The notes under the pieces were generated by a model, which saw nothing but the letters and a program-made list of their open reading frames with translations, was not told the DNA's origin and did no database searches. The translations under genes were made by a program, and so were the position numbers. Positions 51,411 to 61,979 of a DNA stretch of 64,000 nt are shown here, one piece after another (within the stretch, counting starts at the first letter, position 1; every line of letters begins with the position of its first letter). This DNA is from Macrostomum lignano (Eukaryota), in the NCBI GenBank assembly GCA_002269645.1, contig NIVC01001293.1:248001-312000 (forward strand), given 5' to 3'.

Positions 51411-53876
51411 GGTCCTTGGACTATCGAACTAGGACTATCGAAAGTCCCGACTTCCATATGGATAGTGCTACGTGATCGTAAAACGAAATAATACCGCCAG
51501 AAGCCTGACAGTAACAGTACGGCTATAAGTCTAAAGTCTATAAGCATACTTTGTATTTAAAAGATAATTTATAGGCCTAGCCTTCTGTTCTGCTGAAATT
51601 TTGGTGCAAATACCAACTGGATTCCGGTTGTTTCGCCCCCAAACTGTTTCGGCCATGGACATTTCGCCCCCAGACCATTTCGCTCATAGTTCGTTTCGCC
51701 CATAAACCAGTTTGGCTATAGGCGTTTTCGACGTATGAAACATTCGCCGACACTTATTCAGACACTTCTACAGACACTTTAGTTTCTGTCGTACGAATCG
51801 TAGGAACAAGCATTAAATTTGTTTATTCCTTACAAACTATCAGTAAACTGCTTTATTTTAAGCTTTTTTGCTTTATTTTATTAAATATGAATTAGGAAGT
51901 GTCCTAGACAAATTTAACATTCTTCTTTACGTGAATAGAATCTATGCAGAATAACAAATTTCATGATTTCATGAGAGTGAGGCCTGAGATAAATAAGCAA
52001 CCAAATTATTAGCCAAAAAAGCTAAAGGGTCCTTTACACTAATACACAAAAAGGTCATTTACTATCGCAATGCAAAAAAGGTAGAAAAAGTAGAAGAAAG
52101 ATGAAAAAGTTCATTTTGAAGCGCAAATTTCTAGCTTTCCGGTTTTTTCAAGCTTGTAAAAGAACATTTAAACAAATCTTCGCGTGAATAAATTTTCCGC
52201 TGTAAATAGTATCGCCGAAAAAGCATAAAAAGCAACTATATTATTTGGTTATAAGGTTCTACTACGCAATTTGAAAAAGTCTTTTATTGTCACAACGTAA
52301 AAAAGGTCATTTATTGTCACAACACCGGCGTATTTTTGAGAATGGGCGTGCACTACATTTATTTCCGGCGTGCATTTGTAATTATTCAATTTTTGTACGG
52401 GCGTGCACCCAGCATGATCCGGACTATGGCTTTAACTGTCTAGCCATATATCAGTTTGCTTTTTGGTGCCTTAGTCTATGACACCTAAATAATAAAAAAG
52501 TAGGCCCCTAATTTTATAACAAATATAATATTAATAATAATTTACCAAACATTTCATTTATCTAATAAAAGCAATATCCATTTTGTTAAATTGGCATGTT
52601 TCCTAAAGTTATAAAAACTCTAGGGCCTATTTGATTTAATTGTAAGCATCTACTATAGGCCTATCCTGTATATATAAGGCTACACTTAATAAACATCAAA
52701 CTCTTTATAATATATCACGTTGAAATAATTTAGAGTGGGAAACCAAAGGATTGCCAGCATGTGTATTAAGATAAAAATACTTAAGTAAAGATGAAATCTA
52801 TCAACTAGAACTAGGCCTAGGCCTATGGCTATGCTATATATAGTTTTGATCAAAATTATGAAATCTAACAATTCCATTTTAATATTGATTTCTTAAGCCA
52901 TATGATTGTTGGCTCAAGTGGGGGGGGGCTTGAACTATTTTCCTTTAGCTGAGAAGCTGCTAATATCTGCTTTTTATTTTGGACAACATATTGTATCATG
53001 GCTGGACAACTACCAAGACCCTCGTGAATAGTTCCGCCGAATGTGGAACAGTTGCCCAGTGACAAGCTCTGTATCCGCGCCACTAGAACACAATGACGAG
53101 TTGGCAAGTTTGGCAACCAGGGAGCTAAAAACTCTGCCACAATCATTAGAATGGTTTAAAACATCAATTTTATTGTTATTGTTTTCTGGTTTCGAACTTT
53201 CAAATTTAAACGAAAAATAATTTCGCAAACGAAACTGCACTATTGCCGATTGTTTTTTCTTGACTTAAGAAATTGGGACAAAAATTTAAATAGGCCTATT
53301 ATAATAGACTTTTAAAAAAAATAAAATAGTAGATCAGCTTAACAAAATGAATAATAGTAATATCCTAGTTTTTTAAGCAAAGAAGGGTGTAAGACCAAGA
53401 TGGCCACACACCAAGATGGCCATAGCTGGGGTGGGGGTCACGGAAAATGACAACTGGTTTTCTATTGTATAGCTTCGGGAGGGGAGATCAGAAATATGGG
53501 GTTTCAATGGGGGGAGGTTCGACAGGCAGTCAAAATTTTATTAGTGTATTGTAGGGTTAAAGACAAAAATGGTTACGAGTCTTAATTTCCTACTTATAGT
53601 AGCCCATAAGAGGTGTAAACATATTTCATATTAAACAAATCTTTTCTACATATAAAATCAGGTGTAGCTTTTTTCAGTTTCTCTTATTGGTTGAGACTAA
53701 TTTACTTGTTAAAAAAGGATAAAAACTGGGTAAATTTCATGCCCTGTTCAAAGTTCATCTGTTTCATTCACTGACAGCAGTCTAAGTCTAAGCACTTAGA
53801 TACAAAATGGCAGGTGCATATCCATGTGTGGTCAGTAGAATGCATGAGGGGGCTTCTGGGACAAAATTTTTCACCT

Positions 53877-54075
53877 CCTCCATAATCCCATTAAATCCAT
53901 CCACATTATCCCTGACAGAATCAGAAAAAAGGGGGTCGCACTCACTCACAAAACGTCCTCCATAATCCCATTAAATCCATCCATATTATCCCCGACAGAA
54001 TCAGAAAAAAGAGGGGCCGCACTTGCTCCGAAAACTTCGATTATAATCCACCTAATATCCATCCATATTATCCCC
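53877..54075. repeat. ~80-bp direct repeats (x2.5) in the Polinton terminal region; partial copy at ~54690-54735
   Basis: CCTCCATAATCCCATTAAATCCATCCA..TTATCCC.GACAGAATCAGAAAAAA starts at 53877 and 53957. Confidence 0.85.
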
Positions 54076-54161
54076 ATCACATTGCAATGCTTGCAACTAT
54101 TTATCTAAGGGAAAAATGTAAAACTACCCTCTAGGGCACCAGCTACAGAGCCAGCTACAAA

Positions 54162-54425
54162 TGTTCCTCAGCCGAACAAATGTTCCTCAACCGAACAAAT
54201 GTTCCTCAGCCGAACATTTGTTCCTCAGCCGAACATTTGTTCCTCAGCCGAACATTTGTTCCTCAGCCGAACAAATGTTCCTCAGCCGAACATTTGTTCC
54301 TCAGCCGAACAAATGTTCCTCAGCCGAACATTTGTTCCTCAGCCGAACAAATGTTCCGCCGCCGAACAAATGTTCCTCAGCTGAACAAATGTTCCGCCGC
54401 CGAACAAATGTTCCGCCACCGAACA
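54162..54425. repeat. 14 x 19-bp palindromic array TGTTC-CTCAGCC-GAACA-(AA/TT)
   Basis: Units start every 19 bp from 54162 to 54409; each has inverted TGTTC/GAACA arms. Confidence 0.93.
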
Positions 54426-54763
54426 TGTACAGAGCAAATATCTCTCCCCCCCATGCAAAAGCTTCATGTGGATCATGCCCTCACTAACTCAGAGTACGCA
54501 GGCCCCGTATACAGAGAGAACCTCTCTTCCTATGCACAAGCTTCTCCTCTCCGCGTACATTTATTTCTACATAGCAAGTTCTCTCTCTTTCCACTTCTCT
54601 AAGTACAGTCAATCCCGCGACACGTTTAAGCTACGTAAGGAAGAAAGCTTATTTATACAACCACTTGCAGAGCTACTCGGTTAAAAATGTATTATCCCTG
54701 ACACAATCAGAAAAAAAGAGTGGGTCACACTTACCCTTTGAAAAAAATAAATTCTCAATAAAA

Positions 54764-55000
54764 ATGCTTCCAGTTGTCTGTCCAGGTTCTTATTACAAAG
54801 CGCACGAGCCTAATTACAAGAGTAGGTACCAATGCAAACTAGAATGCAGCGAGTACATGAGAAAATATTGGCCCGGCATTGAAATCAATGTCCCTAATAT
54901 TAATCAAGCACTTAAATCTCACTGGTTTGAAAAACATGGAGTAGTCATTAACGATTTTGACAGCTACTATAACTTTGCTGAAGTTATAAGGCAGTTGTAG
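54764..55000 (+). CDS. Small Polinton accessory ORF (78 aa), unknown function
   Basis: AAAAATG start context shared with the other viral genes; converges on the penton gene; C.GSYY...C..EC. Confidence 0.55.
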   Translation: MLPVVCPGSYYKAHEPNYKSRYQCKLECSEYMRKYWPGIEINVPNINQALKSHWFEKHGVVINDFDSYYNFAEVIRQL

Positions 55001-55061
55001 TAGTCAACTACAAGGTTGTACCTGGCGGCTTATATCCTAATTTAACAAGTCTGAAGACGAC

Positions 55062-55919
55062 TCACATTCTCTCAATAATAATTGTTAACATAAACTCTTC
55101 CCCGTTAAAATCGACACCAACTCCATCCTCTGTTTCAAACTGCAGAACGATTTCATGTATCTCCCTATTACTCAGAATCACTCTTTTCACAGGGTTTGGC
55201 TTTTGCACAAGCATTTTGCCACCAGCAACAGAGTTTGAAATGTTAAAAAGTATGTTGGTTCGTTTGCCTTTGAATATCCAATCATGGCTCAGATTGCTAC
55301 GAATTAATATATTCAAACCTTTGACAATGTCAGCGATATTTGGCGCCAAGTACATACCGGATATTAGCCGGGACACAGCAACAGTGCCAGGCGCCTGCAG
55401 CGGGCTTTGGTCTGTGGCGCCACCATAAACTCTCTTTTCAAATCCCAACTCGCGATACCAAGTGCCATCTTTAAACTCTACCTCTGCGTCCTTATGAACT
55501 TGCAAGATAACTCTCATGACAGTTAGATCATAAGTTAATCTAACAGGGAACAGTTTATTTTCTGGTTTGCTTTCATCCGGTATCTCAAAATGCTTTCGTT
55601 TAGTGAAGACGTTCTCCAAGAAGTAATTATAAGTATCCACGCTCTGTGTGCTGACAGGAAATATCACAACCTCTGTTGTAGTACGCTTCCATTTGTAATA
55701 AAACTTGTTATTTTCCGCTGTCACATTGGGAACATTTGACCACCCAGTGAAATCATTGAGATAGACGTGGTAATTCGCCTCGGGATCCAAACGAAGTGGT
55801 TGCTCCAATTTTTGAATGAAGATTCCGTTTGACTCAGTAATGCGACCCGCTACAGTGATTGGAATGCTCTCCTTAGAGTGTGAAACAATGTTGTTCAGTC
55901 TTTTGGCTATGGCTTCCAT
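55062..55919 (-). CDS. Polinton minor capsid protein (penton, single jelly-roll), 285 aa
   Basis: LEQPLRLDPEANYHVYLNDFTGWSNVPNVTAENNKFYY and C-terminal EIVLQFETEDG..VDFNGE fit the Polinton penton pattern; adjacent to the MCP. Recognised from motif memory, not a search. Confidence 0.75.
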   Translation of the reverse strand: MEAIAKRLNNIVSHSKESIPITVAGRITESNGIFIQKLEQPLRLDPEANYHVYLNDFTGWSNVPNVTAENNKFYYKWKRTTTEVVIFPVSTQSVDTYNYFLENVFTKRKHFEIPDESKPENKLFPVRLTYDLTVMRVILQVHKDAEVEFKDGTWYRELGFEKRVYGGATDQSPLQAPGTVAVSRLISGMYLAPNIADIVKGLNILIRSNLSHDWIFKGKRTNILFNISNSVAGGKMLVQKPNPVKRVILSNREIHEIVLQFETEDGVGVDFNGEEFMLTIIIERM

Positions 55920-55941
55920 TTTTTTATTGAAAAAAAATTAT

Positions 55942-57237
55942 TCAAACTTTACTAGACAAGTTATTGATCATATTGACCTTGATCTTCCTCTCAAATGCAT
56001 AGATAATAAACAGATCAACAGCCGTTGCGGCACCAAATTCTTTACGCTCGATATTAGTCACAATGTTAACGGGGCTATTGTCTGTAGGCATTTGTCTAGC
56101 AGTCACATCAACACCAAATATTGGATATAGTTTTTTATACTGCAAGGTTGTCAAAACAATACCGTTATTCTCTTTGACAGCCAGGTCCGACAGTTCATTG
56201 TAAAACTTACTAATCTTGTTCTCCGAGAAATTCCCATTTTGTGGCAATGCAGGGTATAAATTGTCACTGATCTCATGTTGAATCGATCGAACGTTTCCAT
56301 GTAGATATCTACCTACATTAGTTGTATTCCTCATAGTGACAATAATGTACCTTGGATTGCTACAGGAGCCTTCTTTAATGCAAATATTGTGTCTTGCGTC
56401 ATTCCGCTCATCTCTGCACATATAAGCTGTATAAGCAACATCAATGTCTTTCTCAATCGCCTTCAAGTATTCAGCTTTGAGTGCAGTCTTGGGCTCAATA
56501 ATTTCTAGGTACAGCTCCACGCCAGTTAGCTTAATCTCCATCGATGTATGATTGGCCCCCGACCAAATTCCTCTGTTCCGATCATCTCTAGTCAGTCTAA
56601 ATGTGTAGCTAAAGTTGCTTGTCAACCGATTGAAACTATTACAGAAACCACTCATAAACCTCAAAGGTACAAAAATATCTACAGACCTAAACAGCGGATT
56701 CTTAGCAGCATCGTTCTCACCAACAAGAGCATAGTTGTATCTCTCCTTTCTCTTTTTGTAACCAGGGTCATTCTCATCTCCTGTCTGTTCATTGGGGATG
56801 AATCCAGCACCGCTCCCCATCTGAATAAAATCCGGGTTCTCAATCAAGCACTGGGTATCATAGACCACACCAAAGTTTGCTATTCTTTCCAATTCTGTAC
56901 TTCCATTGGACACATTAAACTCTTTGAACATATAAGCCCAGAAATTACTGGTTAGTGCGACATCCGCATTGTGTAGATCATCATTAGCATGAGCGGCGTC
57001 TGCGCCTCCTTTAGTTTTGAATTGATACGTCATATAGAAGCCGCTCCTTAGACTGTGCACACTAACCAAAGACGAACATCCATTGTATGTAAATGTCAGT
57101 GTTTGACCAGGACCAAGATTAGTTTCATTCTGATTTTCCTGACTGGGAACTCTTACCTGAGTCGCTTTGATTGTGCTATCATCACTCAAAATAGGCTTGT
57201 TAATTTTGTAGAAAACTGGTGTCAGTGGGTCGTTCAT
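55942..57237 (-). CDS. Polinton major capsid protein (double jelly-roll), 431 aa
   Basis: Size, beta-rich composition, PRYIIV / YPALP / YPIFGVDV motifs, and position beside the penton in a PolB/ATPase/protease cluster. Confidence 0.78.
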   Translation of the reverse strand: MNDPLTPVFYKINKPILSDDSTIKATQVRVPSQENQNETNLGPGQTLTFTYNGCSSLVSVHSLRSGFYMTYQFKTKGGADAAHANDDLHNADVALTSNFWAYMFKEFNVSNGSTELERIANFGVVYDTQCLIENPDFIQMGSGAGFIPNEQTGDENDPGYKKRKERYNYALVGENDAAKNPLFRSVDIFVPLRFMSGFCNSFNRLTSNFSYTFRLTRDDRNRGIWSGANHTSMEIKLTGVELYLEIIEPKTALKAEYLKAIEKDIDVAYTAYMCRDERNDARHNICIKEGSCSNPRYIIVTMRNTTNVGRYLHGNVRSIQHEISDNLYPALPQNGNFSENKISKFYNELSDLAVKENNGIVLTTLQYKKLYPIFGVDVTARQMPTDNSPVNIVTNIERKEFGAATAVDLFIIYAFERKIKVNMINNLSSKV

Positions 57238-57267
57238 TTTTTAACTAAAAATAAAATAAAATAAGAA

Positions 57268-58500
57268 ATGAAGCGAAAAAGTACACAGCAGATATCTGAA
57301 TTGGAGAAGCTAGCACAAGCAGAGAAACGAGTTACCGGGCTAATAAATAAGGAGCAACAATCCTACAATGAATTCGTCCAAGCAGCCACCGAATTTCACA
57401 AACCCGGATACACAGAAGCGAAGAAAAACCTCGACACTGTGAAGGAAGCAGTTGATGATATTCAAGAGAGCCACTTGCAAAACACATTGGGTAAAATCCC
57501 ATCTTCACTGGGACAAACACAGGCTCAGCAACCAGGACAACCAGTGCAGATGAATGTGAAGGATAACTTTTTTGGCCCCGTATTGGATGATGGAAAATAT
57601 ATTTTTGGAATTAGCGACTGGCGAAAAAATATTACCGGGGAACCGGCGGATTACAACATTGAAGTGACGAAGGAAACTATTTCAATCAATAAAGGCGCAG
57701 AAACTAAACGAATCCCCTTCACTCAAACTTTACTTGATTACATGACTAAAAATCAGGAAAAAAGATCCGAGAAGCAGCTAAAAAATTACAAAGATCTTGT
57801 TACCTTTGCTCTTGATAGGGACATAGACATTCTCAAGAACAACGGTGTTTTGAAAATTTTACATGAAAACGGGATTGTCTTGAACAATTGTAAAAAATAC
57901 AAATACTTTAAACAATGGTTTGGTTTGCCGGATCAAGAAGAGGTCATAAGACAACAAACACAACAACCACAACCGCCACAACAACCACAACAGCAGCAAC
58001 CACAACCACAACCACAACAACCACAATAGCAGCAACCACAAACACAACCACAACCACAACAACCTCCACCGCCACAGCAACCTCCACCGCCACAGCAACA
58101 AAAAACCCAGGTTGAACAAGTACTTGATCAACTTGACACTGTAGACCCGATTCTTGTTTCGCAGTACAAAGATAGAAACCCTGATACTTGGCGACAATTA
58201 GAACAGTTCTCCCCAGAACGAATGAAGCGAATCAATGACAGAGTATTCACACCTAGGCTACAGCAACCCTCACCAGGAACATCCTTCTCTGACCAATCAT
58301 TCGAATCACCACCAAGCTCTTCCGGAAAAGGCATGCCTGAATTCTACAAGCGAGTAGCGGTTCTTCTAGGAGCGGCAAAGACCGGAATGAAAGATGAGAA
58401 TAGAAAAGAGTTCGTTCACATCCTCAATAAAATGCTTGAGAGAAAATACATCGATAAGAGGGCGAGAGAGCTTCTGCTTTCGCGGTTCAACAAAAAATAA
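57268..58500 (+). pseudogene. Polinton protein with a Q/P-rich linker and conserved C-terminal helical motif, interrupted by an in-frame TAG at 58027-58029
   Basis: ORFs 57268-58029 and 58222-58500 are in the same frame; the TAG sits in a CAA/CAG repeat; C-terminus RVAVLLGAAKTG...EFVHILNKML..KYI. Confidence 0.7.
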
Positions 58501-58516
58501 TTTATTTCAAGTAAAA

Positions 58517-58888
58517 ATGCCACTTATTTTCGAAAAAGACATTGACAAATACTATGACAAAGAGGAACTTAATCTCATTAAACGCGGATCTGGACTTTTC
58601 CCTGCCGGCCACTATCCAAGAAAAGAACGCTCTGGGAATGGCCTTGCCGATTTGATCGCTCAGGGGGCCAAGATTTTTAAGGTCATTGGAGAGAACATCA
58701 AGAACGTTGCCGAAGCGGCTGGCAGTGTAGCCACAGCAGCCAAAAAGATTAAAGATACGGTTCATGAAACCCGGAAATCAATACAAGATATTCAACCCCT
58801 TGCACCGAGTGCAGATAGTGTCGATCCAGCCATCTACGCAAAGATGAGAGCTGAATATAAGAAAGGAGGCGGTTTTAAATTTGACTAA
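58517..58888 (+). CDS. Small basic Polinton protein with GxG motifs (putative protease-processed core/membrane-active protein), 123 aa
   Basis: AAAAATG start; RGSG, SGNG and KGGG motifs; amphipathic LADLIAQGAKIFKVIGENIKNVAEAA. Confidence 0.7.
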   Translation: MPLIFEKDIDKYYDKEELNLIKRGSGLFPAGHYPRKERSGNGLADLIAQGAKIFKVIGENIKNVAEAAGSVATAAKKIKDTVHETRKSIQDIQPLAPSADSVDPAIYAKMRAEYKKGGGFKFD

Positions 58889-59083
58889 TTTGGTGCACCC
58901 TGACGGTAAAAGAGGTGTGAGGGTGTAGGACTAGTCGGATGTAGGACTAGTCGAAAAAAGACACACACAACCCGAAAAAGACACACACATCCCGCAAAGA
59001 GACACACACATACACATCCCGAAAAAAGACACACGCGTCTTAAATACACAAGTTTAAAAAGAAAAAGTTTTTTTACATAAAAA

Positions 59084-59884
59084 ATGGACTTCACAAACGA
59101 CTTTCATCCCCACTGGACACGCAATCAGATAAAATTTGCTCACAACGAGATAATTCCAGGGCACTTCCGATGCATTGTTGTTGGCTCATCTGGGTCAGGG
59201 AAAACCTTCAGAGTTTTTAACATGCTCCTCAGACCTGGATTCCTTGATTATGACACACTACATATCTATTCACCCACTCTGTATCAAGATGAGTATAAAA
59301 TGCTAGTAGCGGGCCTACAGAACAAACTCAACAAGGAAGATATTATTCAATGTTTTAGACATCAAAAAGACCTCAACAGCAACCCGGAAGTTGTAGCCAC
59401 TGAATACGCAAAGCACATCCCAGACAATGAAAAATGGCAAAATATTAAAGTTTTCACTTATGGAGATCCACAGATAGATCCTAAAACTAAACTCTTACCT
59501 CAACCTGATGAACTAGAAAAGGGGAGAAAGCACCTGATTGTCTTTGATGACTGCATGACCGGTCCCCAGAAACAGATAGAAAATTATTTCACCCGGGGTA
59601 GACACAATAACTGCAATGTTATTTACATTGCCCAAAACTGGTTTGAACTGCCAAATAAAACAATTAGAGGTAACTGTAATTTGATTCTCCTTTTCCCAAC
59701 CATACCACAGGATCGACTGAAACGATTTTATAATGAGGTCATTGCCCCAGCTCACATTACATATCCAGCTAAAAACTCTAACAGAACAATATCACAGGAG
59801 GAATTTGTTAACATATGCTATGAAAAGTGGAACCAACCCTATCAGTTTGTCATGATTAATAAGGAGAAAAGAATTTTACTTTAA
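59084..59884 (+). CDS. A32/FtsK-type genome packaging ATPase, 266 aa
   Basis: Walker A GSSGSGKT, Walker B LIVFDD, FTRGRHNN and IAQ motifs. Confidence 0.93.
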   Translation: MDFTNDFHPHWTRNQIKFAHNEIIPGHFRCIVVGSSGSGKTFRVFNMLLRPGFLDYDTLHIYSPTLYQDEYKMLVAGLQNKLNKEDIIQCFRHQKDLNSNPEVVATEYAKHIPDNEKWQNIKVFTYGDPQIDPKTKLLPQPDELEKGRKHLIVFDDCMTGPQKQIENYFTRGRHNNCNVIYIAQNWFELPNKTIRGNCNLILLFPTIPQDRLKRFYNEVIAPAHITYPAKNSNRTISQEEFVNICYEKWNQPYQFVMINKEKRILL

Positions 59885-59901
59885 TTTTTCATTTAAAAAA
59901 A

Positions 59902-60711
59902 ATGTCTATTAATTTTGCTGGTGAGTCAACTACAGGCAACAGCACTCTCACAACTTCCTTCCTTGACAAGCGCTACATTAACACTGATGAAGAGATCCCA
60001 GAGATCAAACTGAATAAAAACAGACTGAAACAATTAGAACGCTCCATGCACCAGTTGCAAATAAACATGGAAGATCTCAGGCTTAAAGTAGCTAGGCAGA
60101 AGTTTGAAAGTGATAAGCTTTATGTGCCGTTGTTAAACGCAACTATTGAACTAAGGTCAGAAATAACTTCGATAGTCTCGCAAATCAACAGCTTAAGATC
60201 GACAGTTAATCTTCTGGGAAATTCCACTGATAGACGGATGCGTATTCTTGAAGGAGGAGTTTTCACAAACACAGCTAAAGTAAATAATTTAGAAGAGTTC
60301 ATGAACCAGTCAACAGCGTTGCATGATAGAATTAAAGAAAACGTCGCAACCAACACAGTTAAAGTAAATAATTTAGAAGAGTTCATGAACCAGTCAACAG
60401 CGTTGCATGATAGAATTAAAGAAAGACTTGAAGCATTAGAGAAAAGCGATGTATCACACAGTAGCTATCTAAACGGAATGTATAGCTCTTGGGGTAAAAT
60501 AATAAGGAGGCTTGATCGTCTGGAGAGAACACTCAATCTTCGTGATATTGCTATTGATGAAGCAGAATCTACTGCTCGTCCGGTCATGTCTACAGATCGA
60601 GTAGAAGGAGCTCTGGACCCCGCTGGAGTAATCCGGCACGCTCTCAAACGTCAGCCGCCCAGCCGCTGCCTGCTGGACTCGCGATCCTCCGGCGTCACGA
60701 GAGCCGCCTAG
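59902..60711 (+). CDS. Coiled-coil protein (putative fibre/spike), 269 aa
   Basis: Heptad-rich; internal 84-bp (28-aa) duplication; A-tract start. Confidence 0.7.
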   Translation: MSINFAGESTTGNSTLTTSFLDKRYINTDEEIPEIKLNKNRLKQLERSMHQLQINMEDLRLKVARQKFESDKLYVPLLNATIELRSEITSIVSQINSLRSTVNLLGNSTDRRMRILEGGVFTNTAKVNNLEEFMNQSTALHDRIKENVATNTVKVNNLEEFMNQSTALHDRIKERLEALEKSDVSHSSYLNGMYSSWGKIIRRLDRLERTLNLRDIAIDEAESTARPVMSTDRVEGALDPAGVIRHALKRQPPSRCLLDSRSSGVTRAA

Positions 60712-60801
60712 ACAACCGGCGGTGCAGATGGAATTATCAAAAAGAAAACAGATCTTTCAACCGGATAGTTTTATAATTTTTTTATTTTTTCTAGGGAAAA
60801 A

Positions 60802-61521
60802 ATGGCCCAACAAAATTCTCTATACGATCAGTCTAAATACGCTGAACCTAAAATACCGACAGCACCAAACCCAATGGCACCGAATTCGAACACACAAAGC
60901 CTGAATGCACCGAATCTGAATGCACCTCAATATGAGCAACAAAAACTTTACCCCGTCATTACTTGTAACTCTCAACAGTTTCGACTGGTAGAGATTCAAA
61001 AAATGCGGGATGACATTGAAAACAATATTTTCCACAACACAAAGAAAATTAAGCGCTATGAAAGCCACTGTAAATTTTTCGACTACAGCAATATGATTCT
61101 AGGATCTGTGTCTGTTCTATCTGGATCTGCTGCGGCTGTCTCAACGTTGCCAGTCATCACAGCCCCAATCGCAATCCCACTCGGCTCTGTGGGTGCTGCA
61201 TGTGGATTTATTTCAGCAATTACTGGAGCATTAGCGCGAAACAGGCGAAAAAAACTAAAGCAGCTACAGGAGAAGCAAGTAAAAGAGAAAGGGGTGCACA
61301 CTTCAATCATAGGGTACATTTCAAGGGCAATCGAGGATAAGTTCATTTCAGAGGATGAGTTCAAAACCATTCAGGATCTTTATGAACAATCAATTCGAAT
61401 GAACTTGAACATGGTCGGTACTGATGACATGAGTCAGCTGAGAAATGAACTCGAGAAAGTTCTTCAACATTATGTGGAAAGAAAGTCGGCAAGAAGGACA
61501 ACGAGAAATACACCACAATGA
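60802..61521 (+). CDS. Two-TM Polinton membrane protein, 239 aa
   Basis: QQFRLVEI, Gly/Ala/Ser-rich hydrophobic hairpin (aa ~97-143), basic RNRRKKLK, ISRAIED..ISEDEF. Confidence 0.75.
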   Translation: MAQQNSLYDQSKYAEPKIPTAPNPMAPNSNTQSLNAPNLNAPQYEQQKLYPVITCNSQQFRLVEIQKMRDDIENNIFHNTKKIKRYESHCKFFDYSNMILGSVSVLSGSAAAVSTLPVITAPIAIPLGSVGAACGFISAITGALARNRRKKLKQLQEKQVKEKGVHTSIIGYISRAIEDKFISEDEFKTIQDLYEQSIRMNLNMVGTDDMSQLRNELEKVLQHYVERKSARRTTRNTPQ

Positions 61522-61525
61522 ACCC

Positions 61526-61927
61526 TTATGAAACACAGCCAAGAATAATTTCCTTGTAGGTCTTTCGTGTTTTGGTCATTGCATACAAAACAGTCATGCA
61601 CAGCTCACCGCAAATATCACTGCTAAGACCTTGGAGAATAAAGTCTGAGCGATAAATTTTTTTATTGTTTTTCCCCTTCATATAATTTCTTAGCTCTTCT
61701 GGTACTGCCGTCCCATAGCTATCGAAGTAATAACACTTGTGCTTGCGATCGGGATCAATCACCCAGCAAACCCAATGAGATCCTGGCTTATCGGTGGTGT
61801 CAAAATTCATGATGCCGCATTCCTTTCTTAGAGGAAAATCAGGCAGAGTGTCCCTCATAAATATTCCTCTAAAGTTTGGGATTTCCAGTTCGTTAGCCAA
61901 AGCTTCAAGAAAGTTATTTGTTGTCAT
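61526..61927 (-). CDS. Adenain-like cysteine protease (virion maturation)
   Basis: FRGIFMRD, GSHWV (His), FDSYG (Asp), LQG (Gln), ICG (Cys); ATG at 61927. Confidence 0.92.
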   Translation of the reverse strand: MTTNNFLEALANELEIPNFRGIFMRDTLPDFPLRKECGIMNFDTTDKPGSHWVCWVIDPDRKHKCYYFDSYGTAVPEELRNYMKGKNNKKIYRSDFILQGLSSDICGELCMTVLYAMTKTRKTYKEIILGCVS

Positions 61928-61979
61928 TTTTATGAGGTTTATTAAACTTTCTCTTAAACCTAAACCTAATCTCAACCTC

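Noticed and set aside
54162-54425. GAAC-N4-GTTC resembles the Gram-positive LexA (Cheo) box used by temperate tectiviruses
   Set aside because: The host is eukaryotic with no LexA, so it is treated as coincidence. It also differs from the 3-nt-spaced steroid response element.
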